A stretch of DNA of 64,000 nucleotides, taken from positions 186,001 to 250,000 of the forward strand of contig NW_021832602.1 in assembly GCF_006345805.1 (NCBI RefSeq). The letters are read 5' to 3'. The DNA comes from Octopus sinensis. Taxonomy: Eukaryota. Of the stretch, positions 63,688-64,000 are shown one piece after another (positions within the stretch are counted from its first letter, which is position 1; each line of letters opens with the position of its first letter). The position numbers were made by a program, and so were the translations under genes. The notes below the pieces were generated by a model that saw only the letters and a list, made by a program, of their open reading frames with translations, searched no databases and was not told the DNA's origin.

Positions 63688-64000
63688 TTACAAATCATAC
63701 GGGAGGGCCAGGATAGAAAGAGCTGCTGGTACTAGAGAACGTGGGACAAAAAAAGAGCAAAATATTACTGTTTTCCATTGGAATTGACTTCCTAAAAAGC
63801 TAACAAATACCCCAATAAAGCAACTCACAAGCAGAGAAATTGCCGAATATAAAATAATCTCTACAGTCAGTGAATGTGCTATAAATCCCAAAATCTGACA
63901 ACAAAAAAGAATGATAAATAAGAAAAAAGGTAACCAGATTTGCCTTCTTTCAAAATCAAATAGCCCATTGCATTAAAAGCGATCCATTTCTCGAAGCGTT
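63688..64000 (-). CDS. 3' portion of a multi-pass membrane protein gene, possibly CPA2/SLC9B (NHA)-like; runs off the window
   Basis: Hydrophobic exon ending FFVPRSLVPAALSILAL (weakly like WLPKATVQAA); upstream GT-AG intron. The true 3' end is uncertain. Confidence 0.35.

Overview
This is AT-rich eukaryotic (metazoan) genomic DNA. Compact housekeeping genes carrying very small spliceosomal introns alternate with dense, fragmented transposon debris. I rebuilt 12 gene models by hand: SRP54, a LIV-1 ZIP transporter, RAD51D, an SLC44/CTL transporter, PSMA4, IMP4, MRPL14, ATP6V1F, V-ATPase subunit a, GNL2/NOG2 and two copies of a PKN-like pseudokinase. All give in-frame totals. They contain 70 distinct introns, 68 of them 21-34 nt. 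An animal with a mitoribosomal gene and introns of this size points to a dicyemid mesozoan (inference; no database search was possible). Mobile elements include Helitrons with internal 95-bp arrays, hAT (Buster-like and CGGBP1-like), MULE, Merlin, pogo-like, RTE, CRE, R4/Dong-like and I/Jockey-group LINEs. The main discovery candidate is a degraded, intron-less, bacterially organised five-gene segment at about 55.56-60.27 kb: ispG 5' end, an AEC-family transporter, a pterin-4a-carbinolamine dehydratase, a SAM methyltransferase and an MBL-fold hydrolase. It looks Chlamydiae-like, and a host RTE retrotransposon has inserted into it with a 12-bp target-site duplication, which argues for real integration. 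Other highlights: an inverted-duplicated MG-x-x-C pseudokinase pair (DFG replaced by NFE); candidate non-canonical micro-introns (GA-AG, GC-AG, GT-TG, GT-GG); Merlin transposases carrying host-sized micro-introns; and a LINE flanked by an approximately 112-bp direct repeat. I recognised no rRNA, tRNA, snRNA or CRISPR array.
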